From the NCBI RefSeq assembly GCF_009914755.1, contig NC_060926.1: a stretch of 64,000 nt of DNA; one strand, written 5' to 3'. The stretch's first letter is position 1. Every line of letters starts with the position of its first letter. Source of the DNA: the human T2T-CHM13v2.0 reference genome, Homo sapiens. Shown here piece by piece: positions 46,461 to 61,874 of this stretch. The position numbers and the translations under genes are program-made. The notes under the pieces were generated by a model, which ran no database searches, had not been told where the DNA came from, and saw nothing but the letters and a program-made list of their open reading frames with translations.

Positions 46461-49400
46461 CAAAAAAAAAAAAAAAAAGAATGTTGCTGGAAATTCTCTC
46501 TCTTTCCACCTTCAACATTCCAAGGTTATGACAGTAGGCAAATGCCTGATTAAATGCCTACTGGGAAATCCCAACCTGGTTGCCAAGAAGTGAAGCATTT
46601 CCTGCTATAATAGAGAGAGACAGAGATAGAAACAGAAACAAAGAGATGGGCAGGGGGGAACCACTGAACACTGACTTTGTTTCTCAGAGGGAACAGCTTA
46701 CCACTACTAGAAAGTCATCTATGCTATCTCATACTCTGTTACATGGCCATATCATCATTAATATTTAATATAATAAATAGGATGCCTCATGTCAAGGAAC
46801 ATATACACGTGTCATTCCTTATTATTGTTATTATAAAAGTCATCCAATTCTCTGCTCTACTTAAATGAAAATTAGATTCAATATGCTATTGTCATTATAT
46901 ACATTTTGTATAAAGTATCTTATTTTTAACCATATGTTCCTTTCTAAGTTGCTTACCCATTGATAATCATATAGTGGTTTCCAGTAAAATGCTGTGAATG
47001 GGTACATGACATGCTATGTATGTTAAATTAACTTAGGTGATATTTCTATTCCAAATTCAAATTTCTACAAGTTGATTACATTAAAGGACAACCAGAAGGG
47101 CCCTTTGATTATGCCACTTTTACTAGTGTTGATATTTTAAAGAGCCTATTTAATTATAAATAGAAATTATATCAATCACAAATGGTTAAAATGCTATTTT
47201 AAAATACGCAGATTTTACAAAAGGGTGTGTATGTCATTTGTATTTCATAATGTATGGTTCTTATTATATTGAATTGTATCTCAAAATTGCATACTTATCT
47301 GTTTAAATGATGATTAGAATAAATGTTTTATTTACAATTTGCAATTATAATTGCTTCACTTTTTTATTAAAAATGATAACACAACATGTGAAACAGATAA
47401 TGCTATTGTAAGTAGAGATAAATGCATTGTTCCAAAACAGAAAAAAGTTTTTTTCTTTTATGTCTATAAGAGCAAAACCTCTTTTATATTCATTTGTGTT
47501 ACATTTCATATTCAATTTTTTTCAACAGAAATAGTAAATGCAATATATAACATAAATATAATCATGTCAATCATTTACCTTTTGTTTTTGGCTTCACCGT
47601 CTACTAGTAGTTTCTTACTAACTTTGTTCCGAAAGATTGCTTATAATCTCTTTTTAGAAGACAAATTGCATTTCTCTGTTTAATAACATTTTAGGTAGTT
47701 ATGATATTCCTAAGTAAGCCTATAATTGTTCATCTCATAATGCACTTGAGTTTCTGTCTGCTTGAAGTTAGAGTTTAGGATGCCAGGAAGATACTAATAG
47801 GGACACTTGCAACTCGTTTCACCATCACAATCTGCCTCCAATCTCCCATAGAGAATTCTCTGTCTGAGTGAGAAGTAGTGGCAGAGAAAATGAGGAGGCA
47901 AATGTAGGGAATGGCATTTCAGACAGTCATGAAAACTGGAAATTCAGCGATTTCACGTAATAGCGTTTTAAAAACCAGCACTGGTAGTTCTGAGGTAACA
48001 GAGAAAGTAAAGGATAACTTGAGAGAAGAGTGGAAGGACATGTGGGACAAATGGAACACAGTCTTAGATTGAGTTCTGGAAACAAGAAAGAAATAGAGGA
48101 CCTTGAACTACATGAAAATAAATTTTAACTTTGAAGTTCAGAAGAGCGGTTAGAAAGTAGTAATTTAAAAAACTGTATTAATAAGCATAAGGAAATAGAT
48201 AAAGGAAGAAGTTCGCAGGACAGAACAAAGAGTAGAAGATTTGCAGGATGTATTTTTTTTTTCCTATTTTCCAAAATAACAATAGGGCTAATGAATCTTT
48301 GGGAGGGGGACAAGGATGGGCTATCAGAGTGTGTAAGAGGTGCAAGTAGGAACAGATTGTCCCTTTGTACCTGATCCTGTCTCCACATATTGCATTATTT
48401 GGTGTAGGGTTTGAGAACCACCAGAGAGTTAGACAGGGTGATGAAAGTTGTTGCAGAGTTTTGTAAGCAGTAGGAGCAAGGTGACTGTGGGGATTAATAT
48501 TGCCTTCATTAACAGGCAAGGAAGGAGAATCCTGTGAGGAAAAAAAAAATCTACAGAAATAGTAGGAACTTCATTAAATAAGTAAACACATCTCTTGCCA
48601 AAACCTCTTTCTCTCTGTTGCTTCAACTATATTTCATCTTCACTTCGTTGTGGTCAGTTAAGTATTGAAATTTGTTTCATCCATAAGGTGATTTTTGAGG
48701 AAGAAAGATACTGAAATCTCTAATTTGCCAAGTGAATATGAAAGTTTTCTGACAATATTTCCTCGGGCTAAGAGTCCTGATAAAGAGAGAAAATGAAATA
48801 ATAGGGTCCAAATAAAGATAAGCCAAGGGAGAGATACTACACTTTTCCCTCCAGGTAGTCCGAAAGAAAAAGTAAGCTTATGAAACATGAGTGAAAACAC
48901 CCTACAGCCACAGCAGGAATAGCAATGAGGCACTACAAAGGAAGAAGATCTGTCAGGGATTGTGGATCAAAAGTAGCAGCAAGAGAGAAAGTAAAACCAC
49001 TCTCTCTAATATACTTTAATTTTACTATTTCTTCCACTTTCTTTTTAGCATGTCAGCTAAAATATTTAGTGAGATTTGAAAGACTTAAAAATCAATGGCC
49101 TTTCTGTAGTTCTTAGGATGTTTCTTATAAATAACCTAAGTCAATTCTCTCTTCCAACATCCCTTACCCAACTCGTAGCAAAGGGAAGCTGAAAAGGGGG
49201 GGGGGAAAGCATTAAGTTTGCTCTCATATCTCCTTTTCATTTACTTTCAAACAACATCTTTTATTTAATTATTTAATTCACCCCTTAGGTTCTAAGGGTG
49301 CACAAATCTAGAAGGAATGCCGATTTCTTCTCCAGCTATGTTTATCCTTTTCCTTTAGCTTGTTGTTTATGGAATCTTTCAAAGGTTTGCTATGAACTTA

Positions 49401-52047
49401 GGAAAAAACAAATGCCAGTTTCCTCTCCTTTAGGGAGGATCAGAACTGCTAGTTCCCAGTCTACCTAAAAGTACTTCCGTAGCCCAAAGAATTTCATGTA
49501 CTTCCCAAAGGTAGCAGTCTGTACTCATCTCAGCAGGGAAGGAAGCATATCATGCACTCTTCCTGAATATATTCACTCGACCTGCCATGCAACCAGAAGA
49601 GGAGTACAAAATGACGAACTTATGAACAATGCCTCATCTCCCCACCTCCAGATGGCCTGAAGTCTAAAGCTCTCCTGTCATGAAAGGGCCTCTATAAAGG
49701 GGCAGTAAATTAAAAAAAATGATGAAGATTTGGCATGTTTCTTTTCCCCAGAAAGAGAAGAAACCAAAAGCAATTCATTGCAACACCCTTTCTACTCTGT
49801 AAACAGACTCTCTACTCTTGTGAAATTTAAAAAACAGTAATAATTACTACTGACATCTAAATTCAGCAAAGTATAATAGTACTTTAGATAATTTACAGAT
49901 GGCTCCACCATAGCCTCTTACTACAGTCTATCAAAATCTCCCTGTATATACTGACTTCCAATTGTATCACTTTATCTTTTATATTTTATTTTGATTAAAA
50001 AGTGATAGGTGATTTGTGTGTCTGCATATATGTACAAAAAAGCACTGCATCTCTACATTGCACTGACGATAGAAAGAGAGAAGGGGTAACTGGAAGAAAG
50101 GGCTTGGAAAGAGACCTCTTTTCCATTCTCCCTGAGCCATTATCTATGCCTTTTCCTTTATCATCTTTTTGTACTATAAGGGAGATATTTGGTGGAAACA
50201 CATTTGCATAATATAAGTCTTTATCAGACAGCCCGGCTTATGGGTTATGGACCCAGGGAAGTCTTCCTTCTATATCTTGAAAGGTACTCTACAAGGACAC
50301 TATGTTAATAAACTTAAAATGAGAGAAAAATCAAAACTAAAAGATTCAAGTAAGAGTAATCTTTCATCCAAATAGCTACCCATTTGTTTATCCTAAAGGA
50401 GCTGGTCCATTGAATTAAATTCACTAATTTCTATTAAGTAATAAAGTATATGCTTGTGTTTCCATGAGAAATTTTAGTTTCAAATGTCCTGCATTCAGCG
50501 TGACCAGCTTTAAGGCATAAGTTTTGCTTGTTTATTTTTAAGATATCCAACTGTTATAATTTTACCATAAAAGAAAGGTTAAGGGAGAAGCTTCATTTGC
50601 AAAGGCACTGTTCTGCGCCCAAGAGTATGACTGAGATAGTTATAACACAGAAATCAAGAGTTTCGACTAAAAAAGAGGAAATATCTATTTGAGTTATTTT
50701 ATTGTTATTCAGCAGCTGGTATTGATATCATTAGGCAGAATAAAATCTATTTATATTTTAGAAGACTTACTGCTTCAACCAGCCACATAAGAATTTAATA
50801 AACACCTACCATACATGAGGTATTATATTTCATAAACCCAAACACACTAATTCATTTACCACTTTTGAAAATATACTTTCATTTCTGGAGAAAACCCATA
50901 GTAACATATCATCTTCCCATAGTTTCTTTTGATGAATCTTGCCTTAAAATCTATTTTCTGTATTTATTGCTCAGTTCCTGCACATTCTTTCTTGATAGCT
51001 TTACCTTTAACCTGGCTTAATGCCTATATTATATTTTCCTCTCCTGCTTACAAATAATTGACAGAACCTATCTATTTCTAGGTCTTCTCATTTCTTTTCC
51101 TCCTTTCTTCCAAATGCTAATTTATTTCTCTCCGCTTACTTCCAGTGTCTGACTATATTTGACTTTTTAAAATCTTTTATGGGTACTAGGTAACTTAATT
51201 GGCAAATGTAATTAGCTCTTCCTAAACTACAGTGTCAACCTTAGATGATAATCTATGCAAGTGTTTCCCCAAAGTCACACTGTCTAAGATGGCAGAGTAA
51301 CTTCCCAACATTCCATACAGCTATGAAATAATTTGCACACATTCTGCCCTCTTCCTCAACTCTGCATAGTCCTCTCATCACAACTGTACTTCATACCTTT
51401 CCTTTACATCAATCTTTTCTAAAAACTGTTTACATTCACTGTCTTTACTCCCTTACCACCCATTTTCTGTCTTCAACCAACGTGCTCTTGCTTTCCTCTA
51501 CTGTTCCACTGAACTGACACACATGAATGTCATCAAGCGAGTATCTACTATTGGCCAAATATGACGGATACCTCCAGTTCATGCCTGCCCTCTTACCCTT
51601 TCTGTAGCACTTGAAAATGCTGAATGATCCTCCTTTCTTGAGAAAATAATTTCTTAAGCATATCCCTCTATTAGTCCTGCAGGCTACTTCACCTTTTCAT
51701 ATATAATTTGTTATTTAAATAAGTAATTTTGATGCACTCTACTCATGCAATCATTACTCCACACTTCCTCTGAGTTTTTCTCCTTAATGAGCCCCAAATC
51801 AATACTTCTGATCAACATCTATTACCTGAGTTCCAAATCTCTACCTATCTACATGCCTGTGAAACAGCTTCATTTAGATTTCCTCAAGTGCTCCAATCTC
51901 AAAATGCAAACCATCCTTATTGTCTTATCCCCATTCCCACACAAACAAATCTTATTATTATAGGTTTCGTTAACACAATCCTATTCTTTTCGTTCCTTTT
52001 TGAAATGTAAATTTGATTATATTTGGCCTGCTTTAAACCTTTAGTGA

Positions 52048-52458
<411 letters not shown>

Positions 52459-52693
52459 CTTCTGTTTTTACCATTCTCTTATATGTAATCTGTCTGTGAC
52501 TATATCAAATTACTTTCAGTTTCAATGGTAGTCCCTCTACTTGGAATTCTCTTTTGTTTCATTCATTCTACCTTATTTTTAGTTTAAGACTCAGTTTAAA
52601 TTCAGTATAGCCTATGAAACCTTTGAGGATACTTGCAAGCCAAAAAACAAAAAAGACATATGGGTGTTCTTACGTGTGCAATCACAGCACAAG

Positions 52694-52707
52694 ATATATA
52701 TATATCT

Positions 52708-52784
<77 letters not shown>

Positions 52785-52791
52785 TATATAT
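52694..52791. repeat. Compound (TA)n/(TCTATA)n/(CA)n microsatellite
   Basis: Read directly from the sequence. Confidence 0.93.
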
Positions 52792-53802
52792 CTCGATCTG
52801 TTTACATGGCTGTCTTAGAGTTAGAATTTGATATTCTTGAGTACAGGCACGTGTCTCATGAATTTTGCGTCTCGAACCTTAATGCATTGCACTCAATAAA
52901 GTGTGTTCATTGAATGGCAAGTCTCTAAAGTGATAATGCTTTGGAAATATCTGTGGGGTCCAGATTTAAGAAGGCTTTCAATGTCAGACTAAAACTTATC
53001 ATTTATTCAGCAAACATTGGTATTCCATTAAAAGTTTCTTTATTAATGCAATATACATATATATATAAAAGCCAGTGCTAACATGGCATACACTATTGCC
53101 AAATACTGTTCTAACCTTATTTAATATTGTTTTTCTTATTTAATTATTTTTTCTACCTTGCTATTTGGGAAACTGAGACACAGAATAGTTAAGTGTGATG
53201 TCCAAATTTAGACAGTAAAGTGTTGGGGCAGCAGTTCTAACTCAGGTAGTTTGGCTTCATCATCTATCCTAATAGTCACTTTTGGAAAATGTTAAACAGT
53301 ATTAGCATGACTGATGACATAGGGATGAACTGGAAAAAGTATAGGCAGGGAAACCAGGTAAAGGCATACTCTGTTAGCCCAGGCTTAAAGTGGATTGAAA
53401 TGGAAGATATTTCAAAGAACTGGAAGATTTGTTGATGACTGGATATGTGGGAAGGAAAAATTAAGGAGAACACCAAAGTTTCCCGTCCAGTGGTTAGGAA
53501 AATGTGATCATGAGTAAAACAGAGAACTAAGGAATAAAGGGGAACATTTTTGGAACAGAAAATTCAATATTACACATTCTGGTAGAAATGTCCGAATCCA
53601 GGAAGGTGGAACTGAAGAGGCGAGAAATTATAAGAGTTTTAAAGGGAGGAAAGGAGTAGAAAACAGAAATGGAGAACACAGTCAGAATTTTCAAGTAACT
53701 TTAGCAACTCCATTCCAACAGCATTTACCAAAGTGTGATCCATAGATGTTACTAGGTGTTATATGCCACAGAGCTCTCAGAAACGAATGTTGGAAAAGTT
53801 CA

Positions 53803-53973
<171 letters not shown>

Positions 53974-54832
53974 TTATAAATAAAAGTAGAAACACACAAC
54001 CAGAGATCATATAGAAATATTTGTACAAAATGAAAATCACAGATAATATTTCATTCATAATGACTGGATTATGGATCTATAAAACAAGTGCTGTGCCATA
54101 TAAAAGCTCTGGATTAGAATGTTTATGTGTTGTCAAAGAGTAGTTCATTCAGCAAGGGCCCTTTTTGACTTAGTGTTTTAACTTTAGTGATTCATTCCGG
54201 GAGATCTTTTCAAGTTATACCCACGTTATTGTTTCTGGCACTTCTGTCAAGTAGCACAGAAATAAACATATATCACCTATTCAATTCTGAAGCAATAAAT
54301 ATGTAACTCAAATGTAACAAAAACACACCAACATCCATTTCCTATATCCTTTGCATCTATCTGCAAGGATTTTATAATAAGGAAATAAAGCAACAAAGCA
54401 CGTATTCCTGAATCAGTGTCTCATGGAGTCATCTAAATATCAATAAATTTCTCTTAAAAATTATCTTAAAATATCTACAGAATTCCCTGAGAAAGAATTA
54501 CCTTCTGAGTTCTATTTACCATTATGAAAGTTTCTTGACATTCTCTGATTTGGGGCAGAAGCTACCACTTAGAATAATAATAGCTGCCACGTATTAAATG
54601 CCAGCTTTGCCCCAGGCTCTGTATTGAGTATATGTAGATAAACACTTGCTGGTTTCATGCTCTCGACTACCATAAGAGCTAGTTGTTTCGTAGTGGAAAA
54701 CCAAAACACAGAGAAGTGAGTTATGTTACTTACCCTAGTCACACTAGGGTTTGCAAACTAGGCTAATTACACTAGCAGGTTTGGGAACAAAGATTTAACC
54801 TCAGGTGTGAGTCCAAAGCCCATACTCTACAC

Positions 54833-55037
54833 CTGGCATTGGCAAACTATTGCCCATAGGCCAGATCTAGCCTGTGAGACTGTTTTCTTATGGCTCTGGG
54901 ACTAAGAATAGTTTTTACATTTTTAAAGGATGGTAAATAATAAACAACAGAGGATATGTGACAGAAAGCATATATGATCCACAAAACCTAACATATTTAC
55001 CAGCTGAACCTTTACAGAAAATGCTTGCCAACTCCTG
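54833..55037. mobile_element. MER58C-like hAT MITE with a perfect 8-bp TSD ctctacac, next to a MIR relic
   Basis: ctctacac|CTGGCATTGGCAAAC...TTGCCAACTCCTG|ctctacac; an 8-bp TSD is the hAT hallmark. Confidence 0.88.
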
Positions 55038-55994
55038 CTCTACACAAATATCATCTGACTTCTACAAAGATAAAAATAACATGAAATATAATCTCAAGTC
55101 AACTTATAGTAAATGCAAGCCTGTGACTTTATTGCAATACAATTTATATGCTTTAATATTTTTATATCTTATAGAATATAGCCATTCATTAAAGCGAATA
55201 TGTTGAGACAAATTCTTTAAGACATTGGTTACACATCAATTATGGACAAATTACATTAGACTCTCATTTTAAACGATGGTGTGTTGTCTTGTAACGTAAA
55301 AGAGTGAGAAGATGTCTGTGGATCTCACAGATTCTGTCTTTCTCTTATTCTAACTTTTCTTTAATTATTTAGGTGTAATTATTACCCGGATAATGGAATA
55401 GAGGAGAAAAGCAGATATAAAATGAGGCAGTTTCAGATGTAGATTCCTAAATTTTGCATAGTACACGATCCCAATGCTATTGGATTTCTAGGATTAAAAA
55501 TAAATCAGGACAATTTTTTAAAAATCTGGATCAAATATACAATGATTATCAATGATCATGCAAAGACATATTTCCAGGAAAAAATATTGTTGCAATGAAG
55601 GGAAATCTCAGTTGCTTACTAGAGTATAAAAGTTAATCTCTACTCCTGAGGGTAGATGTTGACTATCACTTGGTGTTGCCAAGAGAAGCATAGCTGGTGC
55701 AATTCTATGTTTGATGTGGACCATGCCTAAGGCAATGAGCCTTTGTACCAAAGGACACTAGCCCCCATGCTAATCCTGGAGACAGAAATAGAATCGACAA
55801 GACTTTGATAACAAGCCAACGATGTGCTATTGTCTGTTGGTGAAACTCTGCTTCAGAGTAAGCCTGTCCATATCCAAAAATCACGATGTTTCTGAGTTAC
55901 ATTTTAAAGAAAGTAAGCCTAAAACCTATTGCTAAAGATGAATAAGTCGGGGGTTCAAAAGATTAGCTACTACTTTGAAAAATATTCACATTCT

Positions 55995-56165
55995 GGCTGG
56001 GTGTGGTGCTCAGAATGTGAATATTTTTATTCACATTCACGGAGTGCTGTTATCCTAACACTCTGTGAGGCTGAAGCGGGAGGATTGCTTGAGCTCAGGA
56101 GTTTGAGACCAGTCTGGGCAACACAATGAGACCCCGTCTCTTTAAAAAAAAAAAAAAAAAAAAAA
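55995..56165 (+). mobile_element. FLAM_C (free left Alu monomer) with a templated insertion
   Basis: ggctgggtgtggtgctca..ggaggattgcttgagctcaggagtttgagaccagtctgggcaac..A tail. Confidence 0.85.
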
Positions 56166-56403
56166 TGCTATTTTGTGGATAGAAAACCATGAGGAAATTA
56201 TTTAGTGAATATCATGGCTATCAAACAGGAGATAAAGTACCTCATTTTAACACAAGCAAAGCCACATCAATTGCCTTAGATACAGGTTAATGAGAGACAT
56301 TAAATAAATTATCCACGTAAACCACACCGAGACAAGCAAACCAAAAACTGTAAAGAATCAGAAAACTTTATCTGAAACGAGCAAACCCATATTGGACACT
56401 TAC

Positions 56404-56532
56404 CACAGTAGAGCAGTTTTTCATCTGATTTATCTTTACAGTGAGGAATGCCATCACAGGTGAGCTGGTAGTCAATGCACTCACCATTTCCACATTCAAA
56501 CTCCGAATAAGCGTTGCAGGAGGAATTTTTAG
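56404..56532 (-). CDS. LRP1B: LRP1B exon C (129 nt): LDLa repeat 1 of the cluster, [43 protein letters not shown]
   Basis: Acceptor T13-cttgcag|CT; donor TGTG|gtaagt; six Cys and SDE motif. Confidence 0.96.
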
Positions 56533-56714
56533 CTGCAAGAAAAAAAAAAAAAGTCAATACTTTTGTGCAATGGCAAATATTTTTTGACACCACTACAATT
56601 ATTTTTCTTAATTTTAATTATAAAGATAAACTAAAATTTATCAAAATGTACAATTAAAGAGCAATGGTTTATGACATTTCTTTATGAAATTAAGATCTTA
56701 AGAAATAATTTTTT

Positions 56715-57077
<363 letters not shown>

Positions 57078-58039
57078 TTAAAACAGCCAGTTAAATGAAC
57101 TCTGTACATACTGAAAGTGTTTTTGTGTTTTCTTACTGGAATCTATTATATATTTTTCAATATACTACTATTTTTCAGTGCATAGAGTACCCATTTTTGA
57201 ATGTTTGATGTGAATCATCTCAGTCAAATGAACAGTCCGGACTTTTCCCCACCGTCTGGTCTTCCTCCCTAACTATCTTCTGATGAAACCTCAGTAGCAA
57301 GTTATATTGTTTGGAAATATTAGAATTGTTAAAATAAGTCACTTGTCCCATCCATGTGTGGGAGGTTCCCGGGAGCAGACTCTTTCTTGCTGCCATACAT
57401 GATGAGCACCTACTCCATGAAATGTACAGGAATCAGTGGGATGAGGTGCAGGAGGACAATGGTCAAGTGGAAAGCATGTGTACCTGATGCTATGGACTCC
57501 AGATGACCGCTGTCAGAAAGTCTCATTTCTAAATCTCAGAATTTTTATTAAAAATTAAGAGTTTGAGTTTTTAGGTGATTTGTCCTAGCTTGTAAGCCAA
57601 GAGTCTGAAAGTACAAAAAGTTATTTTCTACAGGTAAGTTTCATCCTTATAATGGCAATATGTGATCCCTATTTTGAAGGGTCTCTATTGAGGACAATGG
57701 ACTTATTTTTATTATTCAGTAATAGATTTACTAGCAAATTTTGGGATCCAATTTTTGGGGTATACTGTCTGCTTGCATGTACGTACTCACCCCATTGCTT
57801 GCTGAATAATTGTACGTTTAAATCCAGTTGTATTAATTATGTTGGAGGTAAGTAGAATTCATTCATCTCTGCTAATGAAAGAATATAGCTTAATTCTATA
57901 ATTTAGTATTAATTTTTGAGCTTTAGTTCAGGAATATTCAATTAAACAGCCACTAATACTATTTGAAGTTTCCAAGGTTTTATTTATTTATTATTCCTAG
58001 AATTTAATTAATTTAGTAGAGGGTCTACCTAAGGCTTCT

Positions 58040-58335
58040 TTTTTATTTATTATGTCAACTTTTATTTTAGATTCAGCAGGTACATGTGCAGGTTTGTCAC
58101 ATGGGTTTACTACATGATACTGAGGTTTAAGATATGATTGATTCTGTCACCCGGGTACTGAGCATAGTACCAATAGTTAATTTTTCAACCTTTGTCCACC
58201 GTCTTTCTCTCCCCACTCTAACAGATCCAGGTGTCCATTGTTGCCATCTTTATGTCCATGAGCATCGAATGTTTAGCTCCCAGTTATAAATTAGAACACG
58301 TGGTATTTGGTTTTCTGTTCCCGAGTCAATTCACC
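58040..58335 (-). mobile_element. L1PA15/16-like 3' end, sense to LRP1B
   Basis: caacttttattttagattcagcaggtacatgtgcaggtttgt is the reverse complement of the L1PA terminus. Confidence 0.85.
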
Positions 58336-60798
58336 TTATTTATTTGACTTCTAATTTAACTCTCTCGATGATAACAACATGTTCCAAAGATATATATTTT
58401 TTTCTCTTGGTGCAGTCTAAACTTCATTGTTCAGTCATTAGCTAAGGCAGAATGTCATTTAAGACAAGGTAGCAAATAATTTAAAACAGAACAATATTAA
58501 ATTAAAAAAAATAAAAGGGTGCTAATATTGCTAAATGCAATCATCTTAGCATAGAACAAAATTCAGCCACTTCTTGAAAGTCTGTTGAGATTCCTGACTT
58601 ATTTTTCCTATTTTAAGTGTATATTATTTACTGTGTATTTTCCAATGAAAAAAATAATTGTTAGGATGGAAAAGTCCATTTTTAATCTTTTATAATCTTA
58701 GTGCCTTTGGGGAAAAGACAAAAACTATCAAAGATAAATATGTTTTTTACATTATGCAAAAACAAACATTGTATGAATACAATTCTTCCTCAGGTATGTT
58801 CATTTGATGAAATAGTATTGAGTGTTTTCTGCTTCTTTCTGGAAACATCATGGTTCAGCTGCCCTTATTCTCCTGCACAGCAATTACTTCATCTAATTAT
58901 ATTTACTGTATCTATTTCTTTTATGGATTACAATAAGATTAGCAATGTTGTAAGCAAGGGGACTGCCTAATCTTCTTGTCAACAGTTATGACAACAAATG
59001 GTTTTCCCTCCTTTGCCCTCAGGTAGGTGTTAGTACATGGCCTTTCACCCCTTTAATGCTGCCATTAACATTCATGAACCACTCTGGGTAAAATCACCTA
59101 GATGAGGACACAGATGTGCCAGAAACATTCTCATGTTCCTAAAGATAAATTTGACAAGGAGAAGCCAAGAGTTACTTTCTAATCTCTCTGCTGGGCTACA
59201 GGATTTCAATATGAATGCACAATGGACGTCGTCTGCCTCTACAACAGATTGTGAGCTCTGGGAAATCCAATATCACTCTACAGTTCCATGTGAATACAAT
59301 TGTGCTTGTTTAAGATGTCAGTTTTCTTCCTGATTCATTTCCTCTCGTCAACAGAGAGAAGCTTAGTAGGGACAGTTGTATTGAAGGTATTATGCAGCAA
59401 GGACAGGCCTCCACCGAACAGAAATAAGCTTTGCCATTTTGACTAAAGGCATTGCTTCACTACTAGCCTGAAGTGACCTGTGAAAGAAACATGAGTGATT
59501 CTAACGCATGGCTAACACTCCGGGCTTACAGATGGCATCAGATCCAGACCATTACAGCTGAAACCACAAAGGCAAACTGAAAGAGTTTAAGCAATTGCCT
59601 GAGCAATTCAGAGAAGTGTTAAGTGACAAAGAAATATGGGAATTTGTGGCCCGAAATATGGAAATTGGCCATCTGCATTTAAAATTTTGACCAATTGCAT
59701 CATTTTCTCATTTGCTTTGGCATAGTCTTAAATAAATCAACTTTTACTTTTTTTGCTAAGAGGTGCCTTTTTGGGTTGTAGTATCAACTTTCACAGTGAG
59801 AAAATATGTCTATGTTATTTTGTGTATGGTATAAGAATTTTCAAGCTAAAGAAAATTATGCCCAAGCACTTGCATTGAAGAGCAGGTAAGAGATAAAATC
59901 CTTCCAGTGGAAAGAGAGTAAAAATCGACTGAAGATGAAGATGAAAAATACTTATTTTTATTATGTAGACATATCCAACTCTGTTAATTTTCTGAATGAA
60001 AAGATATGAGATGAGGATATATTAATAGGTGAGGAGAGACAAAAAATGTATCAAATCTGACACATCCTGAGAATGATTTCACCGATTTCCAACAAGATAT
60101 TTCTCTCCTACCTTATACATAAATTGCCTTAACGTTAAAAGGAAATTAACCTTTTTTAAATTTTGCTTGCAAATTTTTCATGGCAATATTGAAACACTTG
60201 AACCCTGATTTATTTTGGAAACAGTTTTGGAAACTTAGCTGTTAATAAGTGTGTATTGTAATGGTGCTAATTAAAGTTTGTAATGCCTTTGGGAGGTATA
60301 AACACCATGCAAGGCTGCAATGTTGCATTCTTAATTAACAGTTTGGAAATGATTACACATAAGCTGCATGAGCCATTCTCTCTCATTTACATACTATGAT
60401 GGACTGTGAGTGGTTTTACTGCAAGGCTACTGATATACTGCCTGTATACCAGTTTATTTCAGCTTCAATTACTTTTGCTATTGATTGAATTCACAAAGTC
60501 ACAACTGGAAGTTTTCAGATGATCATTGTGTGCAGACACTTCTCTAGCTAGCCCCAGCACTTTCTAGTGCACAACCAGGAGGGTAAAAACATTTGTTACC
60601 ATTTTGGTTATCACTAACTAGCACATGGTCCTATAACTAAGCAGAACAGTGAACTCGGTTTTCTTTAGAGCAGAGAGATAACATGACTAAGCTTCTAATA
60701 TTAGAAGAGAGTATAACTTCATGAATACCCTAACACAATTTCAGTGATGTGTGTGGAATTTGGAACAGATTTGTCATATTACATTTCAATTCCCTTTA

Positions 60799-60993
<195 letters not shown>

Positions 60994-61601
60994 TTAATCG
61001 TAAACTATTACACTGCCTCAATCTCTCAATAATATGTCATTAAAAAGGAACATTCAGGATTTTTGAAAATCTAAGCATTCCTAAGGCTAAGTACATTACA
61101 AAAGTATGTAACACTAATCAAATCTTTCTAACACATTTGATACCACGGCATCAAATGAACTAGTTCTGCTAGAAACCACATTGATGCTTCAAACTGTAAT
61201 TTTGTAAGCACTGCATTGACTAAAGAACTGTTAAGCCCAGGTGCAAAGTTTATCTATCAAGTGTAATTTTCATGGAAACAACTTGATCTGAAAATCTGAA
61301 GTTATGAAGAGTGAGGATGAAATAAGATTTTTAGAAGAAATAATTAAAAATGAACTGCTCCTGTGATGATAAATTATGCAATATAGAAGTTGCCTTGAAT
61401 ATTTCAGATAATTTCAATATTTTGAACAGCCAAATCTTGAACACTATTCCTAAGAACTAGAAAAAAACAAAATCCACAGTCATAGTAACAAAAAATAATA
61501 TTTTTTAAAAGAAAAAGCAAATCCAACTATTACTAGAAAACATATATACATTTTTAGAGATCAGAGATTATACAATGAGAAAACACATTTGCTTTCTATT
61601 A

Positions 61602-61874
<273 letters not shown>

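Noticed and set aside
49140-49720. G10 run and TATA-like tctataaagggg suggesting an internal promoter or LTR
   Set aside because: No CpG island, recognisable LTR termini or downstream exon can be supported from the sequence alone.
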